Shown here: one piece after another, positions 1 through 12,959 of the stretch
Numbering within the stretch: the stretch's first letter is position 1
Layout of the letters: each line of letters begins with the position of its first letter
Source of the DNA: Camelus dromedarius
Taxonomy: Eukaryota
Direction of reading: 5' to 3'
Length of the DNA: 64,000 nucleotides
Assembly (NCBI RefSeq): GCF_036321535.1
Contig: NC_087436.1
Coordinates: 61,568,001-61,632,000, forward strand
Made by a program: the position numbers and the translations under genes
Notes under the pieces: generated by a model
What the model was told of the DNA's origin: nothing
Seen by the model: only the letters and a program-made list of their open reading frames with translations
Databases searched by the model: none

Positions 1-105
1 AGGGTTATTAAGAGTATTATAGAAATTAATATATGTAAAATGCTTAGAAGAGTATCTGGTACATAGTTAGTGCTCAGTAAATTTAATTTATACTTACTAT
101 TGTAC
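1..105 (+). mobile_element. MIR SINE 3' part (cut by window edge)
   Basis: atgtaaaatgcttagaagagtatctggtacatagttagtgctcagtaaat resembles the MIR 3' end. Confidence 0.75.
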
Positions 106-149
106 CTTTATTATTAACTAGGAAGGTGAAATCATGGAAATGAACAGAT

Positions 150-260
150 CCCCAATTAAAGGATTGAGAAATTACAGCTCATGAAGATGAAGAGTCTTGT
201 CTAGAGCCAATGCTAGGATGTGGTAGGGCAGAGATCCTATCCCACATCTCTTGACTGATT
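150..260 (-). mobile_element. MIR SINE fragment
   Basis: Degenerate match to the antisense MIR core (cccattttacagatgaggaaactgaggctcag...). Confidence 0.5.
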
Positions 261-3200
261 CAGATTGCCCAATTTTTCCAAAGAAAATAACTGATATCCA
301 GTGTGATCCACTTTGGAAAATGGTTTCCTGAATTCATCTTTTATTTTACATTTTCATTTAAACTTACCAGAATAAAGGGTGTTGAAAAAAGCTCTAAATT
401 GCATTTACTGAAAATTTCCTATGGTTATGTACCTATGATTATATATTTGTAACTAAATGTCTTTCGTGTCTCCTAAATATTCAACTCTTTGAGAGAAAGT
501 ACTAGGTAATTATAATTTGTAGTTCCCTAAGATTACAAATGTAGGGCCAAGAAAATAAATTTAAAAATACAGAGCAATGTTGATGAGTATTAATGTATCT
601 TTATTTGCATTAATCTGTCAATATTGTTTTAAATACACTGAACAATAACCTAAACTCTCTTGTAACTTGAAATCAAAGTTTCCTATAAGTTGTCTCTTTT
701 CCTTTTTCTTTGTTTCCCTGTGAGTTGTGTGTAGGTCTTTTTGGGTTTGTGATTCACATTTATTTATATTACAACACTTTTTTTTTAAATCACAGCTAAT
801 TCCTGGACTTGACATTAAAAATTGCATCTCACAAAAGCGTAGTCATTTCTTTCACAGGCTGACATTCATATGAGTGAAAAACACTAACTCAGTTCAAGAG
901 CTGTGTTCAAACTAATAAGAACAAGATTTTTATACTTTTTTGCTGAGAATGTTTCTTGACTGCTAGAAATTAGAACAAAACACCAGTAGCAAATGGAACC
1001 AAAATGATCAACTCAATGTAAGAAATACTTAGGAGCAAGTCTATTTAGAAAGTCCATTCCACTTATATATATACCTTCGAGTGTGCTATAATATTATACT
1101 GGCATTTGCATTACTTTAAAAACATTGGTGTGCTGGAAAGCAGGCATTGCAGTGCCCTTTTTCTCTTCAGTTTTAAATTTGTTATATTCAGTGACCTGGC
1201 TCTCAGGGATAATGATCATGTTAGTTTAAATCAATGACTATTTTTCAAGGGATGAAGGGTTGCCTTTTTTTCACTCAGAGCATCTCAGATGAGCATAAAT
1301 ATTAAACCATAAAGGCCTTTGCTGCCTGCCGGTGATTGCTGGTGCAGAGGCACAGTGATGCAACATGGATGCCAAGAAGCAGAAAAAGTACAGGTTGATG
1401 CCATTTTCCTCCAGTGTTCCTCCATGCTAGCAGAAGTAGGAACAACCTCAGCTTTCAAAGGATTAGAATATTGTTATACTTTCATTTGTTTGCTTAAGTT
1501 CAGACAATGCTTTCTTTGCACCTGTCCAAATAGCAGAGAAGAATTTTCACCTCCAGAATCTCAAATTGTAGAGGGAGGGTTTTACCTAAGATTTTGTCTT
1601 ATGCCTCAGGCTCTGAATGTACATGGGAGATTTGATGATTTTAAGTTATTAGAAACATTTTCCCGCAAGAACCATTTGGCAGATACAACATTGTAAGTCC
1701 AAAGTAGCAAAATTTTGGTGTTTCTTTTTGTTAAAAATATATTAATTTGTGTAAAACTGAAGTTAAATTTCTTCTTCAAATGTTTATGTTCCACCAGCAT
1801 TTACCCTAAAACATATATGTCTTTATTTCTTCTCCACCCAATTCTGAGGCATCTTACAGTCTCTACCTGCCATTGGTCTCTAACTTTTCTTTCCATAGTT
1901 AAACTCTTAAACAATGGTGTAGTTGTCATACATCATTATTTTGTATCAGTTTTTTCTCAGACCATCTATGTTTTGGTCTTTATCTCTTTCAGTACCCAAA
2001 TTCTTCATTTGTGATGGTTTTTAATATATTCCTAACTGCCAAAGAGGTAAAAAATCTCCAGCCTCAAAATTTGAAGGTTAAAAATTTGTACTATCTCCAT
2101 TAAAAGAGCTGAGTAGACAAATGATCTCTATGGAAAATTCCAGCTTTTTTATTTTATAGTTTAATAAGTTCCTTGAAGTTTCTTGAAGTATGTGCCCATT
2201 TGACTATAGTGATTAAAATCAGTTTACATTTATCACTTGGGAATTGAGTGACATTGGGAAAGAGGCAATGGTGAGCAAAAAATATGCTGCTCCATCAATT
2301 TCATTTTGAAACAAAATGACAGCTAGTTTCCTAGGGATTTTCAGGTACTTGTGGGGTGGAATATGCCTTAAGTATGTGATAGATGGATGTTGAAACAGGC
2401 TTTATATATTTAAATGTAAAAATTGTAGCCAAACTAATTTGTAAATGTAATTTTGCATAAGTAGGGAGTTTTGTGAAATTTACACAAAGATCTGTTCTAG
2501 AGGTTAATGTTGTAAAGCTGTGCTATACACTTTTTTTCTGCTGACCATCATCCTTAGGGCAGATTTTCTTCCTTTCATCATATCATCAATATCTGGAAAA
2601 GTAGTCCTTGAAGTTTTTGTTAAAAATTAAAATAGATATTTTTATAAATATAATACAGTACTAAGTGATGTCAAGAACTCAGAATTCTAAACCACTGATT
2701 CTGTTCTGTGACTGTCACTCACCATGCTCACGATTCTTGATGGACAAAAATAGGCTGGGTCACATATTTTATTACTCTTAAGCTTCAGACTCAATCTTAG
2801 GCAAGGCCAATGGGAGGACTCAGTTTAACCAACAGGTAGAAAGATCTACTCTATTTTTTCCCCCTAATTTCATGTCTAAGCCTGTGATTTAACATTCCAA
2901 TGATGATAAAAAAAATTAGTTTAGAATATGACAGCCAGCAAGAAAAGGAGTTCAAAAACATTAGTGCTTGATGAAGACAGAGAAAGTGAACCGTAATGGT
3001 TGAAGACCAGTCCCTACACCCAGTCTTTCTTCTCTAGCCTTGTGAAAGGAAGAACATCCAAAGAGAATGTCTGCCATGTAGAATCCAACTTTCACGTGGC
3101 AACATCAAAATCCCCCCACTCTGCCTCTTGAAACGGTGATCCAATAAAATATCAGCAAATCTGACCCATTTCTCACATCTTGCTCTTCTATGTGAGCAGA

Positions 3201-3921
3201 TCTGAGGTGGGAGTTAGTGAAGAGAACTGGAAGCTTTCCTTACCCCTTTGCTCTGTAATTAGACTGAGGAAATTTAACAGACAGAAAAAATGAGTTGGAG
3301 GACAAAGTGCTTTGCTTCTACTAAAAATCTGTTTTGACTGTTTTTCCAAAACTGTTTATTGCCTTTTTTTCTCTCAACATATGAAAGATAGATGAAATCT
3401 GTATCCTGCCAGTCCCATTGAGTAACACAGACACTAGGAATAACAAAAAAGAATTGATATAAGTAAAGGCAAGCAAACAATCAGAAAAACAAAAAATGAA
3501 TTAAAAATTCTTGTTTAAGCTAATGAGATGTATTGAATGAGGAAGCATAAAGTTTGTTTTGTTTATACTGGGTAAAATTTAATGAATTTAACTCTCAAAA
3601 TAAATTTCTCAGAATTTAAGCAGCCTGTCGGAATCTCAGAATTTGACCTTTAGAATTAGTGTTCAGGACAGATTTGAGGAGATAATTACTAATGATATGA
3701 TTTCATTAAGAGAATTGGAAGAAGCTTGGTTTCTCATTAATATTGCAAGGCTTTTTTTCTTAGGTTTATAACCCTAAGCAATTGCTTCTAACTTTATATA
3801 TGCTATGTTCATTTTAGGCTGGAATTAGTAACTTTTCTTTTTCTATGCTCATCATAGCATAGTATTTACCAAATTGCATTTTATAATTATGCCACTGATC
3901 TCAGGGAGACATTGAAGGCAA

Positions 3922-4240
3922 GCTGTGGCCCATTATATATGTTCACCAGGCTCTACTTCCTTTTCTTCCTGGAACACAGTTGAACTATATTTCTCAGCCT
4001 TCCTTTCGGTTAGATGGGTCATCTGGGTCTGACCAACAGAATGTGGACCTGGGCGCTTGGTCTAATCTTCAGGTCATTTCTCTCCCCTTACCTACCAGTC
4101 AGATATAGAGGATTCTATGGAAACCCTAGGGATGCTGGAATAGGTAGACAGAAGTAGTTGAGGCCTTGAATGATTATGTAGACCAAAGTTCCTCCCACTC
4201 CCATAATCCTTTTTAGACAGTGATTTAAGTGAGAAACAAA
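3922..4240 (+). mobile_element. MaLR LTR fragment (MLT1J/I-like)
   Basis: cttcctggaacacagttgaactatatttctcagccttcc...gaccaacagaatgtg resembles the old MLT1 5' region. Confidence 0.65.
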
Positions 4241-4376
4241 GTGGAAAGGGGGAAAACAAGAGAAAGTCTTGGGTAAGAGCAGTTCACAAAGTAAGAGTCA
4301 AGGGTCTTGTAATGTTAGATTGAGAACTGAATAAAAGAAACATGATTTGAAGTAGTTTACCATTTAAAAACATCAA

Positions 4377-4621
4377 TCACTAAGTATAATATTCTCCAGG
4401 TCCATCTATGTTATCTCAAATGGCAAGGGAATTATAGAGGTATAAACTACTTGATACAAAATAAATAATATACAAGGATATAATGTACAGCATAGGGAAT
4501 ATAGCCAATATTTTATAATAACTTTATATGGAGTGTAATCTATAAAAAATGTTAAATCACTATGTTATACACCTGAAACTAACATAATATTGTAAGTCAA
4601 AAGTACTTCACCTTAAAAAAA
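4377..4621 (+). mobile_element. 5'-truncated L1 3' end with a short inverted 5' segment (laurasiatherian/cetartiodactyl type)
   Basis: 4428-4621 is sense L1 3'UTR ending in an A-run (approximate reverse complement of 10988-11165); 4377-4427 is antisense L1 (same-strand match to 11240-11290). Confidence 0.8.
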
Positions 4622-5064
4622 CCCCATATAAATTAGGAATAAAAAAAAGAAAGATAATTCAAACAAGAGATGTTTCAAATTGTTATTTTTAAGGAGAGAG
4701 ACAGAGGGTGAGAAAGAGAGAGTTGAAGGGATGAGCATGATATTTCTGAAACTTTTATTTGAAACCAATTAAATTTGTTTGGAAGGAAGGTACCAGGAGG
4801 CAAATGAGCTAGAGCAGAGTGACTGGTTAGGTTTTGCTTTGTAGAATTTAGCATGTAGTCATTTTTGGTGGCAGAGATAAAGCTGTATAATTAGGGTGGT
4901 CAAGTAACTTATTATCCAAACTTGTAAATTTTGAGAGTAAAACTCTTACTACTTAGTTATCCTGAGAAAATAGGCATAAAATTGTCCCAGGCAAGCAAAC
5001 AAAACTGGTGAATTAGTCAGGGTTCTCCAGAGAAACAGAAATGATAGAATATATATATATATAT

Positions 5065-5501
5065 TCAAGAAATCCATAAAAAGTAAAATTAAAATCACCA
5101 AATCAATAAATAGTATTTAGTAAGAGTTTATTGTGCCTATAAGAACAGTTTAGGAACTAGGCGGTTTCAAATTGAAAATTGATGTGAAGCTAAGGGGCAT
5201 GGTGTTACAGGATGGCTTATAAAGAGAAAATGAGGAAGTTGTTTAACTCATGATAATTGGTTTTTACAGTGGAGAGTTCCAAATGATAGGGGATTCCTTA
5301 AAAGTGATTATCTTACACCATTTTTTAAGAAAGATGACTTAAGTTTATTTTATGATTATCAGAGGCATTTACAAGAAATAACCAAAGTTAAATTTCACCT
5401 GTTTTGCAGAAGCTAAAGTAAGTTTTGCTTATGTGGCTAAAATGGTTTTGTCTGCTCAGGGAATTTTCAAGTTCAGTTTCCATTTTGTATTAATTATAAC
5501 A
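5065..5501 (-). mobile_element. ERV1-type LTR nested in MLT2 (MER110-like, family uncertain)
   Basis: Reverse complement begins tgttataattaatacaaaatggaaactgaacttgaaaattccctgagcagacaaa and carries aataaa near its 3' end. Confidence 0.6.
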
Positions 5502-5531
5502 ACACATATTTATATATAGCCATATACATAT

Positions 5532-5556
5532 GGAGAGAGAGCTAGAGAGAGAGATT

Positions 5557-5591
<35 letters not shown>
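5532..5591. repeat. Interrupted (GA)n microsatellite
   Basis: Seen directly. Confidence 0.95.
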
Positions 5592-5592
<1 letters not shown>

Positions 5593-8500
5593 TTGATTTT
5601 AAGGAATTGGCTCACATCATTTTAGAGGTTGGCAAGTCCAAAATCTTCAGGGTAGCCCAAAAGGCTGAAGACCCAGTGAAGAATTGATGTTGCAGTTCAA
5701 GTTCAAAGGCAATCTGGTGGCAGAAATTTCCTCTTTTGGGGAGAGAAGTCTTTTTCTATTAAGACCTTCAACTGGATGAGGCCCACTCACATTATGGAGG
5801 GTAATCTCCTTTATGCAGAGTCTTTATATTTAAATATTAATTTCTTCTGCAGTATATCTTCTCAGCAACATCCAGATGTGTTTCACCAAATATCTGGGTA
5901 CTGTGACCTAGCCAAGTTGACATATAAAATTAACATTACACTTGGATATACGGTCAATCAACATAGAAAGGGTGCAACTAACTGGCAACCCTTTGACTGA
6001 ATTTGCACTGAAAGTATGATGTGTTTGGCTAAGAGTCTCAAAAGTTTTTTAGCCAACATTTTAAATTGAGAAATTCCATAGACAGACAAAACATATTCAC
6101 ATTTCCAGCTTATCTTAAGCATTGGTACACCTCCCTCCACTGGGTCCTCATTGCCTCACAGCAACAAGTGTCTAGAATTTAGTAGCATCTGCCTCCTTAT
6201 GATGGAATATGCCCTCATTCCTTCCTCACAGTTCCCACATTGCTTTGTCTCTTACACCCCATCATCCTCACCCACTTACCTGTGCTGCTTGGATTCTGTA
6301 GGCATTTATGTTTTGAATCATAGCCATATTACTTGTGTGTGATGAACATGGGTTGAAAAGCCCCCTAATGCTTTGCCCTATAGTTAAACCAAAGATAATA
6401 ATATTGATGAGATAAGCTTAAACTATTACAGCTGCTTCAGGGAGTAGACCACTACCTTAAATGGGGGCCCATATTCCTAAGAAAGTTTACTTAGAATGAG
6501 CAACCCACTATGGAGAACACTTAATTTACCTGGGAGCCTTTGACAATAAAAGCAATAAAAGGGAAGCGGTTTTTTTTTTTTGTCTCTTTGTAGTGTTCAT
6601 TGTCCAAGGAAAGCTAACATACATGTTTGTCTGGCCTACCTTACATAGCATACCTTACATAGAAGTTGTAATGGAATATATGATAGAAGCTCTCAAGATA
6701 ACTCGTATGGAAAAATAAAAGTGTTGACTAGTTCTCTTTAGGATTGTCATTCAAATTTTTTTTCTTCTAATGGAGACCTTTATAAGAAAGGTGAATGGAA
6801 ATGCATCTGTGTGTTATAGGGAAAATATGGCTTTTAAGGTTCTGACAGCCTGAAATTTCTTAATAATGAGATTCACAATTGATCTGTGATGCATTCCCTT
6901 AGCCATATATGTGAGCAAATATGAACTTATTTCTATGGGCCACTGCTTTCTGTGACCCTGTTCTAAAACCCTTTTAAGAACATTCGTTTGGGTTGGCAGA
7001 AAATATATAGTACCTTAGAAATGCGTGTAAGAGAATCTGTTCAAACATTAGCAATTCAGTTGAGGTAAATGTACTACTTTCTACCTGTCAAAAGCTTTCA
7101 GGGAAGAACGCCTTATATGGGAGGTGTTTCTAAGGTCTAGAGCAGTTGGGCTTCTGTCTTTTTCTGTTCATTAATTTCTGGCCTTTTGGGATTTAGTACA
7201 AAATCCATTTCTTAAAAGCTTTCGTTAATTAACTCCCAACTGAGTAGGAGTGCAGCAGTAGTTGGGAAGGGTAGTGGAGGCTTCAGGGAAGCCCCATGCC
7301 TCTTGGGTATCAGTGGAAGACCCACGGACATTGAGTTGTGCGAGTAGATCTGTATGATGGCTTTTGTGTGCTCAGCTTAAGGATGAAAGAAGAGAGAGGA
7401 GGTGTGTACAGCTTGTCTGGTGAGAGGGTACGATGGTACAGTATCAGTTCCTCAGCTTGACCTCAGGTCTAGGTTTGATTGCTATAACAAAGGAGACATT
7501 ATTCTCATTTTATGCATGGCACTGGGTTCAGTACAGTAATGACTAAAACCAATAAAAGCAATGTAGAAATTTTGGCATTGGGATGGGTTTCACATTGCAT
7601 TGGAATATATCAGAGGAAAATACCTGTCAAGGAATGACAGTGGACTTGAGGCCTTATGGCCAATGATGGTGCAAGTCAATTGGTCACAATAAGCTTTGTG
7701 AGTCTCTGATCAAGCAGCCATAAATATCTCTTGTTAAATTAATGACTTCCCATGGTAGGTATTTAGATGCTCTGCTTCTGGGCCTGTAAGCCATTTTGGA
7801 GTTATCAAAACATGTCCTGCCTCCTTTTCTGTGCCTCAGGCTACTCTGTTGTAAAAGCCTTCCAGAGCAGTCCACAAAAAGACCTGACTAAAAACCTTTG
7901 TGTAGGGAATCCTTGGTGTTATCCCTACCAGTTTAACTGGAAAAAAAATCGTCCTTTTTTTTTTTTTTAATTATGAAAAGTTAGCATATTCATTCATTTA
8001 TAATACTATTTTTCCTTCTTTTATTTTATTTTATTTTTTTTCAGACAGGTTTCCAATTGCCAGTGAAGTGATGTCATACCCTTTGGATATAATAACCAAG
8101 ATACAAAATTCAAAGGAAAATATGAAATACAAAAAATTACAGGAGACAAATTTTATAAAAGGTGCAGATGGAGGTTATCAGATAGATTGGAAGATTCAGG
8201 CAGATTACTCATCCTTTCTTCTTTCTTGACTTGGGTCTTAAAAACGTGCTATAGAGCCTACTTCCTAGGGCTGCCTTACTGGTATTAAAGTATCAGATGC
8301 TGGGCAGCCAATTTTTGCTTTTCCTGAAAGTTGTTTAGATATGTAGTGAAGAGTATAGGTTCATTAACAACTTCATAGTTGTAGCTTAAAGCAAGAAATG
8401 ATAGAAGTCCACCCTGGTTTTGGAATCTATTTAAACGATTCTTATCTACATCTTATTTTGAGCTCTAAGATTAATATTTTTTCAAAGAGAAGAAAAATTT

Positions 8501-9464
8501 TTAAAAAGTCAGTTTATCTCTTTATCTTTGGAGATGTTACCTAAGTATACTATGCTTTTAGTAATTTTGGAGGTGGGGCAGTTACGTCAGTGTATTATAG
8601 ATAATAGCATTTTACATATTGTCAGAGCATTTTTCTGTACATCAAATTCCTTGAATATTAACATTTAAATTAAGGCCTTAAACGTAAACACAGACTTTTC
8701 AAGATCCCCTGAGTTAGAAAACTGGATTCTATTGACTATCAATTGGTGTAGACTCTGCTTATCTGTTTATAACTGCACACAGAAAAAATAATTCCACTTG
8801 TACATTTAATTTTTCATGGAGACAGTTCTCTGTGTAGGAAAGATGAGCTGAATCAGAAGAGATGAAAACCAATAGGAATATTTTGCTAAGAGATTAAATA
8901 AGAAACCTGATTATGGTTGGAAAATACGAATTCATCTCCATAATATTTATATTTCAGACACCTATCTGGGAAAGAGCAAATAGAAAGAACTTTGTATTAT
9001 GCTGCATTTTTGTGAATTATATCCATTCTAAAAGGGACTTGTACTAGCTACAGGAAGTAATAATAAAACTATAATAATAACGATTTCAATTTTCCAAAGT
9101 AGAGATTGAGTTCATATAACCTCATAAAGAAAAGTCCTCCACAGGTATTGTGTGGAAGAAGAGATTAATAACCACTTTTTATGGGTACAAGCAGCATTTA
9201 ATGCAATTACTATATTCCCAATAGGGCTAGTCCCAAGATTGAGTCCCAGAAAGTTTCCTTTATAGTGGATCTAAATCCCCACTTTATATTTCTGTGCTTT
9301 ATGCAAAACTAGATCCATCTTCTCTTCTTCCTTGGATCCATGTCGCAGCAACTGACCCCGCTGTCTGTCCACTTGTCTCCTCTTTTCATATCTAACGTCT
9401 CCTTTGCCTTAGTTCAGAACCTTATCATTTCTTGTCCAAATTGTTTTCCTCTATTATTTAGTTT

Positions 9465-9937
9465 CTTTTTTAAAACATTTTTATTGAAGTGTAGCTGATT
9501 TATAATGTTAGTTTCAGGTATACAGCAAAGTGATTCAGTTATACATACATATATATATTTTTTTTTCTTTTCAGATTCTTTTCCATTATATAGTAGTACA
9601 AGAAGTTGCATATAGTGCCTTGTGCTATACAGTAGGTCCTTGTTGTTTATCTATTTTATATACAGTGACATGTGTCTATCTCCAACCCTTAATTTGTCCC
9701 TCCCTGCCCTTTCCCCTTTGGTAACCACAGTTTGTTTTCTATGTCCCTGAGTCTGTAAATAGAAATATAATCTTTTTTTTTTAAGATGCCACATATAAGT
9801 GATATCATATGATATTTGTCTTTCTCTGTCTGACTTCACTTAATATGATAATCTCTCAGTCCATCCATGTTGCTGCAATGGCATTTCATTCTTTTTTGGT
9901 GGCTGAATAATATTCCATTGTGTATGTGTGTGTGTGT

Positions 9938-9969
<32 letters not shown>

Positions 9970-10110
9970 CTCACATCTTTGGACATTCAAGTTGTTTCCA
10001 TGTCTTTGCTAATGTAAATACTGCTGCTATGAATATTGGGGTGCATGTGTCTTTTTGAATTACAGTTTTCTCTGGATATATGCTCAGGAGTGGGATTGCT
10101 GGATCATATG
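9465..10110 (-). mobile_element. 5'-truncated L1 3' end, cetartiodactyl type, inserted in an L2
   Basis: T-rich tail then ttattgaagtgtagctgatttataatg...; antisense translation MKSDRERQISYDITYMW is typical of L1 3' sequence; (TG)n(TA)n at 9920-9968; L2-like flanks at 9310-9460 and 10118-10195. Confidence 0.9.
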
Positions 10111-10197
10111 ATTTTATTAATATACCCCTCCCTTGACTGCAACTTGGATACCTTTACAAATTATAAATATGATCATGACATACCTTTAATTCACTTT

Positions 10198-10690
10198 CTG
10201 GTTCATTCATTCAATATTTATTAGGCATCTATTATGTACTATTCTGTGCGCTGGGAACAGAGTTGTGAACAAAGAGGAGTTAAGTTTCATGTTTCAGAAT
10301 CTTCCTATAAGGGGAGTATAGATGCTAAATATACATAGAAGTAAATAAGTGTAATTATCAGGTACTGCTAAATGCTATATAAAGAAAATAGAATGGGGTA
10401 ATATGAGGTAGATGTGTCGTGGTTAAATAGGTTGTATTAGATTGGACAGAAGAGGCTCTCTGATGAGATGGCATTTCCATCCACATGAATAAGCCATGCA
10501 TGTAAAGCTCAAGGGAAGAGCATGTTAGATATAAGAAACAGTAAGGACAAAGGTCCTAAGGCAGGAATGAGAACTGCACTTAAGAAATAGAAGAAAGTTG
10601 GTCTGGATGGAGCATTGTGAGCAAGGGAGACGGTAGAAGGGGATGAAGCCAAGATCCAAGCAAAAGGCAGGGGCCAGGACATTTGGCCAA
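10198..10690 (-). mobile_element. L2 3' fragment
   Basis: ttcattcattcaatatttattaggcatctattatgt is the antisense L2 tail. Confidence 0.8.
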
Positions 10691-10694
10691 GCCA

Positions 10695-10935
10695 GTTCCG
10701 AGTTTACTCATCTGTCTCTGTTGCTCCCTTGAAGACTCTTTGGCTCCTCACCCAGGGAGATTCCATTGCATTGTTTTGAACATGCTTTTTCCCTCTCTAC
10801 ATGGCCCTCACTTCTTAGTCTCTGGGACTCAACTTTTTGTTGGGTCTTTTCCCTGGTCCCCCATTATGCACTCTTGTGATACCTTGTCTCACAGCACTGA
10901 ATTACCATGTTATTCACTCATTACTTCCTTCCTTT
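10695..10935 (+). mobile_element. L2 fragment, continuing after the L1 at 12736-12856
   Basis: Pyrimidine-rich L2 3' region; the L2 terminus (cctagcacagcatctggcattcagtaagtatttgttgaa) resumes after the L1. Confidence 0.6.
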
Positions 10936-10987
10936 ATTTTTAAATGTATTTTTGGATTTATTATAGAAAGTAGGTTGTGAACTTTTT

Positions 10988-12735
10988 TATTGAAGTATAG
11001 TGGATTTACAATATTATATGTTTCAGTTTACAACCTAGTGATACAAAAATTTTAAAGGTTATATTCCATTTATAGTTATTATAAAATATTGGATTATTCC
11101 CTGTGCTGTACAGTATATCCTTGTACCTTATTTATTTTATACGTAGCAGTTTGTACCTCTTAATTTTCTTCCCCTGTCTTGTTTCTCCTCCCTCCTCTCT
11201 TTCCAGTGGTCACTACTAGTTTGTGAGTATTATGTTAATTTCACTAGACATAATATCTTCCAAATCTATGTTGTTGTAAATGGCAAAATTCCATTATTTT
11301 TTATGCTTGAGTAATATTCCATTGTACATCTATACCATATTTTCTTTATCCATTTATCTGTTGATGGATGCTTAAGTTGTTTCCATATCCTGGCTGTTGT
11401 AAATAATGCTATTATATAAACAATGGGGTGCATGTATCTTTTTGAATTAATGTTTTTGTTTTCTTTGGATGTATACCCAGGAGTGGAATTGCTGGATCAC
11501 GTGGTAGTTCTGTTTTTAGTTTTTTGAGGAACAACCAAATGTTTTTCCACAGTGGCTGCACCAACCTTACACTCTCACCAAAAATATACGAGGGTTCCCT
11601 TTTCTCCACATCGTCACCAACATTTGTTACCTGTGGTCTTTTTGATGATAACCATTCTGACAGGTGTGAGGTGATATCTCATTATAGTTTTGATTTGTAT
11701 TTCTCTGATGATTAATGATGTTGAACATCTTTTCATTTACCTGTTGTCCATATGTATGTCTTCTTTGGAAAAATGTTTATTCAGTTCTTCTGCCCATTCT
11801 TTAATTGGGTCAACATTTTTTTGATGTTGAGTTGTATAAGCTGTTTATATGTTTTGGATATTAACCCCTTATTGGTCATATCATTTGCAAATATTTTCTT
11901 CCATTCAGTAGGTTGTCTTTTCATTTTGCTGATAGTTTTCTTTGCTGTGCAAAAGCTTTTATGTTTTATTAGGTCCCATTTGTTTATGTTTGCTTTTGTT
12001 TCCCTTGCCTTTGGAGGCAGATCCAAAAAATCTTGCTATGATTTATGTCAATGAGTGTTCTGTCTATATTTTCTTCTAGAAATTTTATGGTTTCTGTTCC
12101 TGCATTTAGTTCTTTAATCCATTTTGAGTTTATTTTTGTATATGATGTGAGAAAATGTTCTAATTTCTTTCTTTTAAATGTAGCAGTCCAGTTTTACTAG
12201 CACCATTTATTGAAGAAACTGTCTTTTCTCCATTGTATATTCTTGTCTCCTTTGTCATAGATTAATGAACCATAAGTGTGTGAGTTTATTTCTGGGTCCT
12301 CTATTCATAGAACTCCATTGATCTATGTGTTTTCTTTTTTTGGTGCCACTTCCATACTGTTTTGATTACTGTAGCTTTGTAGTATAGTCTGAAGTGAGGG
12401 AACGTGATATCTCCAGTCTCAACTTTACCACATTTACTGATGAGCTTTAGAAGTTTTTTGGCAGCATCTTTAGGATTCTCTATGTATAGTATCATGTCAT
12501 TTGCAAACAGTGAGAGTTTTACTTGTTTCTTTCCAACTTGGATTTCTTTTATTTCTTTTTCTTTTCTGATTTCTGTGATTAGGAATTCCAATGCTATGTT
12601 GAATAAAGGTGGTGAGAGTGGGCATCCTTGTTTTGTTCCTGATCTTATAGGAAATACTTTCAGCTTTTAACCACTGATATTAGCTGTGGGCTCATCATAC
12701 ATGGCCTTTATTATGTTGAAATATGTTCCCTCTAT
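10988..12735 (-). mobile_element. 5'-truncated L1 (~1.75 kb) with degenerate ORF2 RT/C-terminal remnants and a 17-bp TSD
   Basis: Translations [19 protein letters not shown] (RT FADD motif mutated), [19 protein letters not shown] and ELPRDPAIPLLGIHPK; TSD TAGGTTGT(G/A)AACTTTTT at 10971-10987 and 12736-12752. Confidence 0.95.
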
Positions 12736-12959
12736 TAGGTTGTAAACTTTTTAAAGGCAGAAATCATACCTTAGTTACTCCACAGGGGACAGGTGGGTCC
12801 CCTAGCACCTAGCACAGCATCTGGCATTCAGTAAGTATTTGTTGAAATATAAATAAGCAAAAGTTTAAAAGTTGTGGTGCAAATGGCAATGACAAACTGA
12901 ACTTCAAACTGATGAACATAATTAGTTTGAGCCTAAGGCTTGCGTTCAGTAGGACCAGG

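Larger units (their letters stand above)
5009..5940 (-). mobile_element. ERVL solo LTR, MLT2D-like, interrupted at about 5065-5501
   Basis: Starts tgaattagtcagggttctccagagaaacagaa, ends caagttgacatataaaattaacattaca; has the internal TA/GA microsatellite typical of MLT2. Confidence 0.85.
4892..5961. mobile_element. MER94-like hAT-Blackjack element split into 4892-5008 and 5941-5961
   Basis: tagggtggtcaagtaacttattatccaaac...ttttgagagtaaa...tgtcccaggcaa on the left; residual end cttggatatacggtcaatcaa to the right of the MLT2 insert. Confidence 0.65.

Noticed and set aside
1319..1696. 125-aa ORF
   Set aside because: Non-ATG start, no recognisable domain, no supporting splice structure; length compatible with chance.
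8045..8230. Strong polypyrimidine tract and AG followed by ~60 open codons (RFPIASEVMSYPLDII...)
   Set aside because: No good donor and no recognisable protein; the T-rich tract is a simple repeat.
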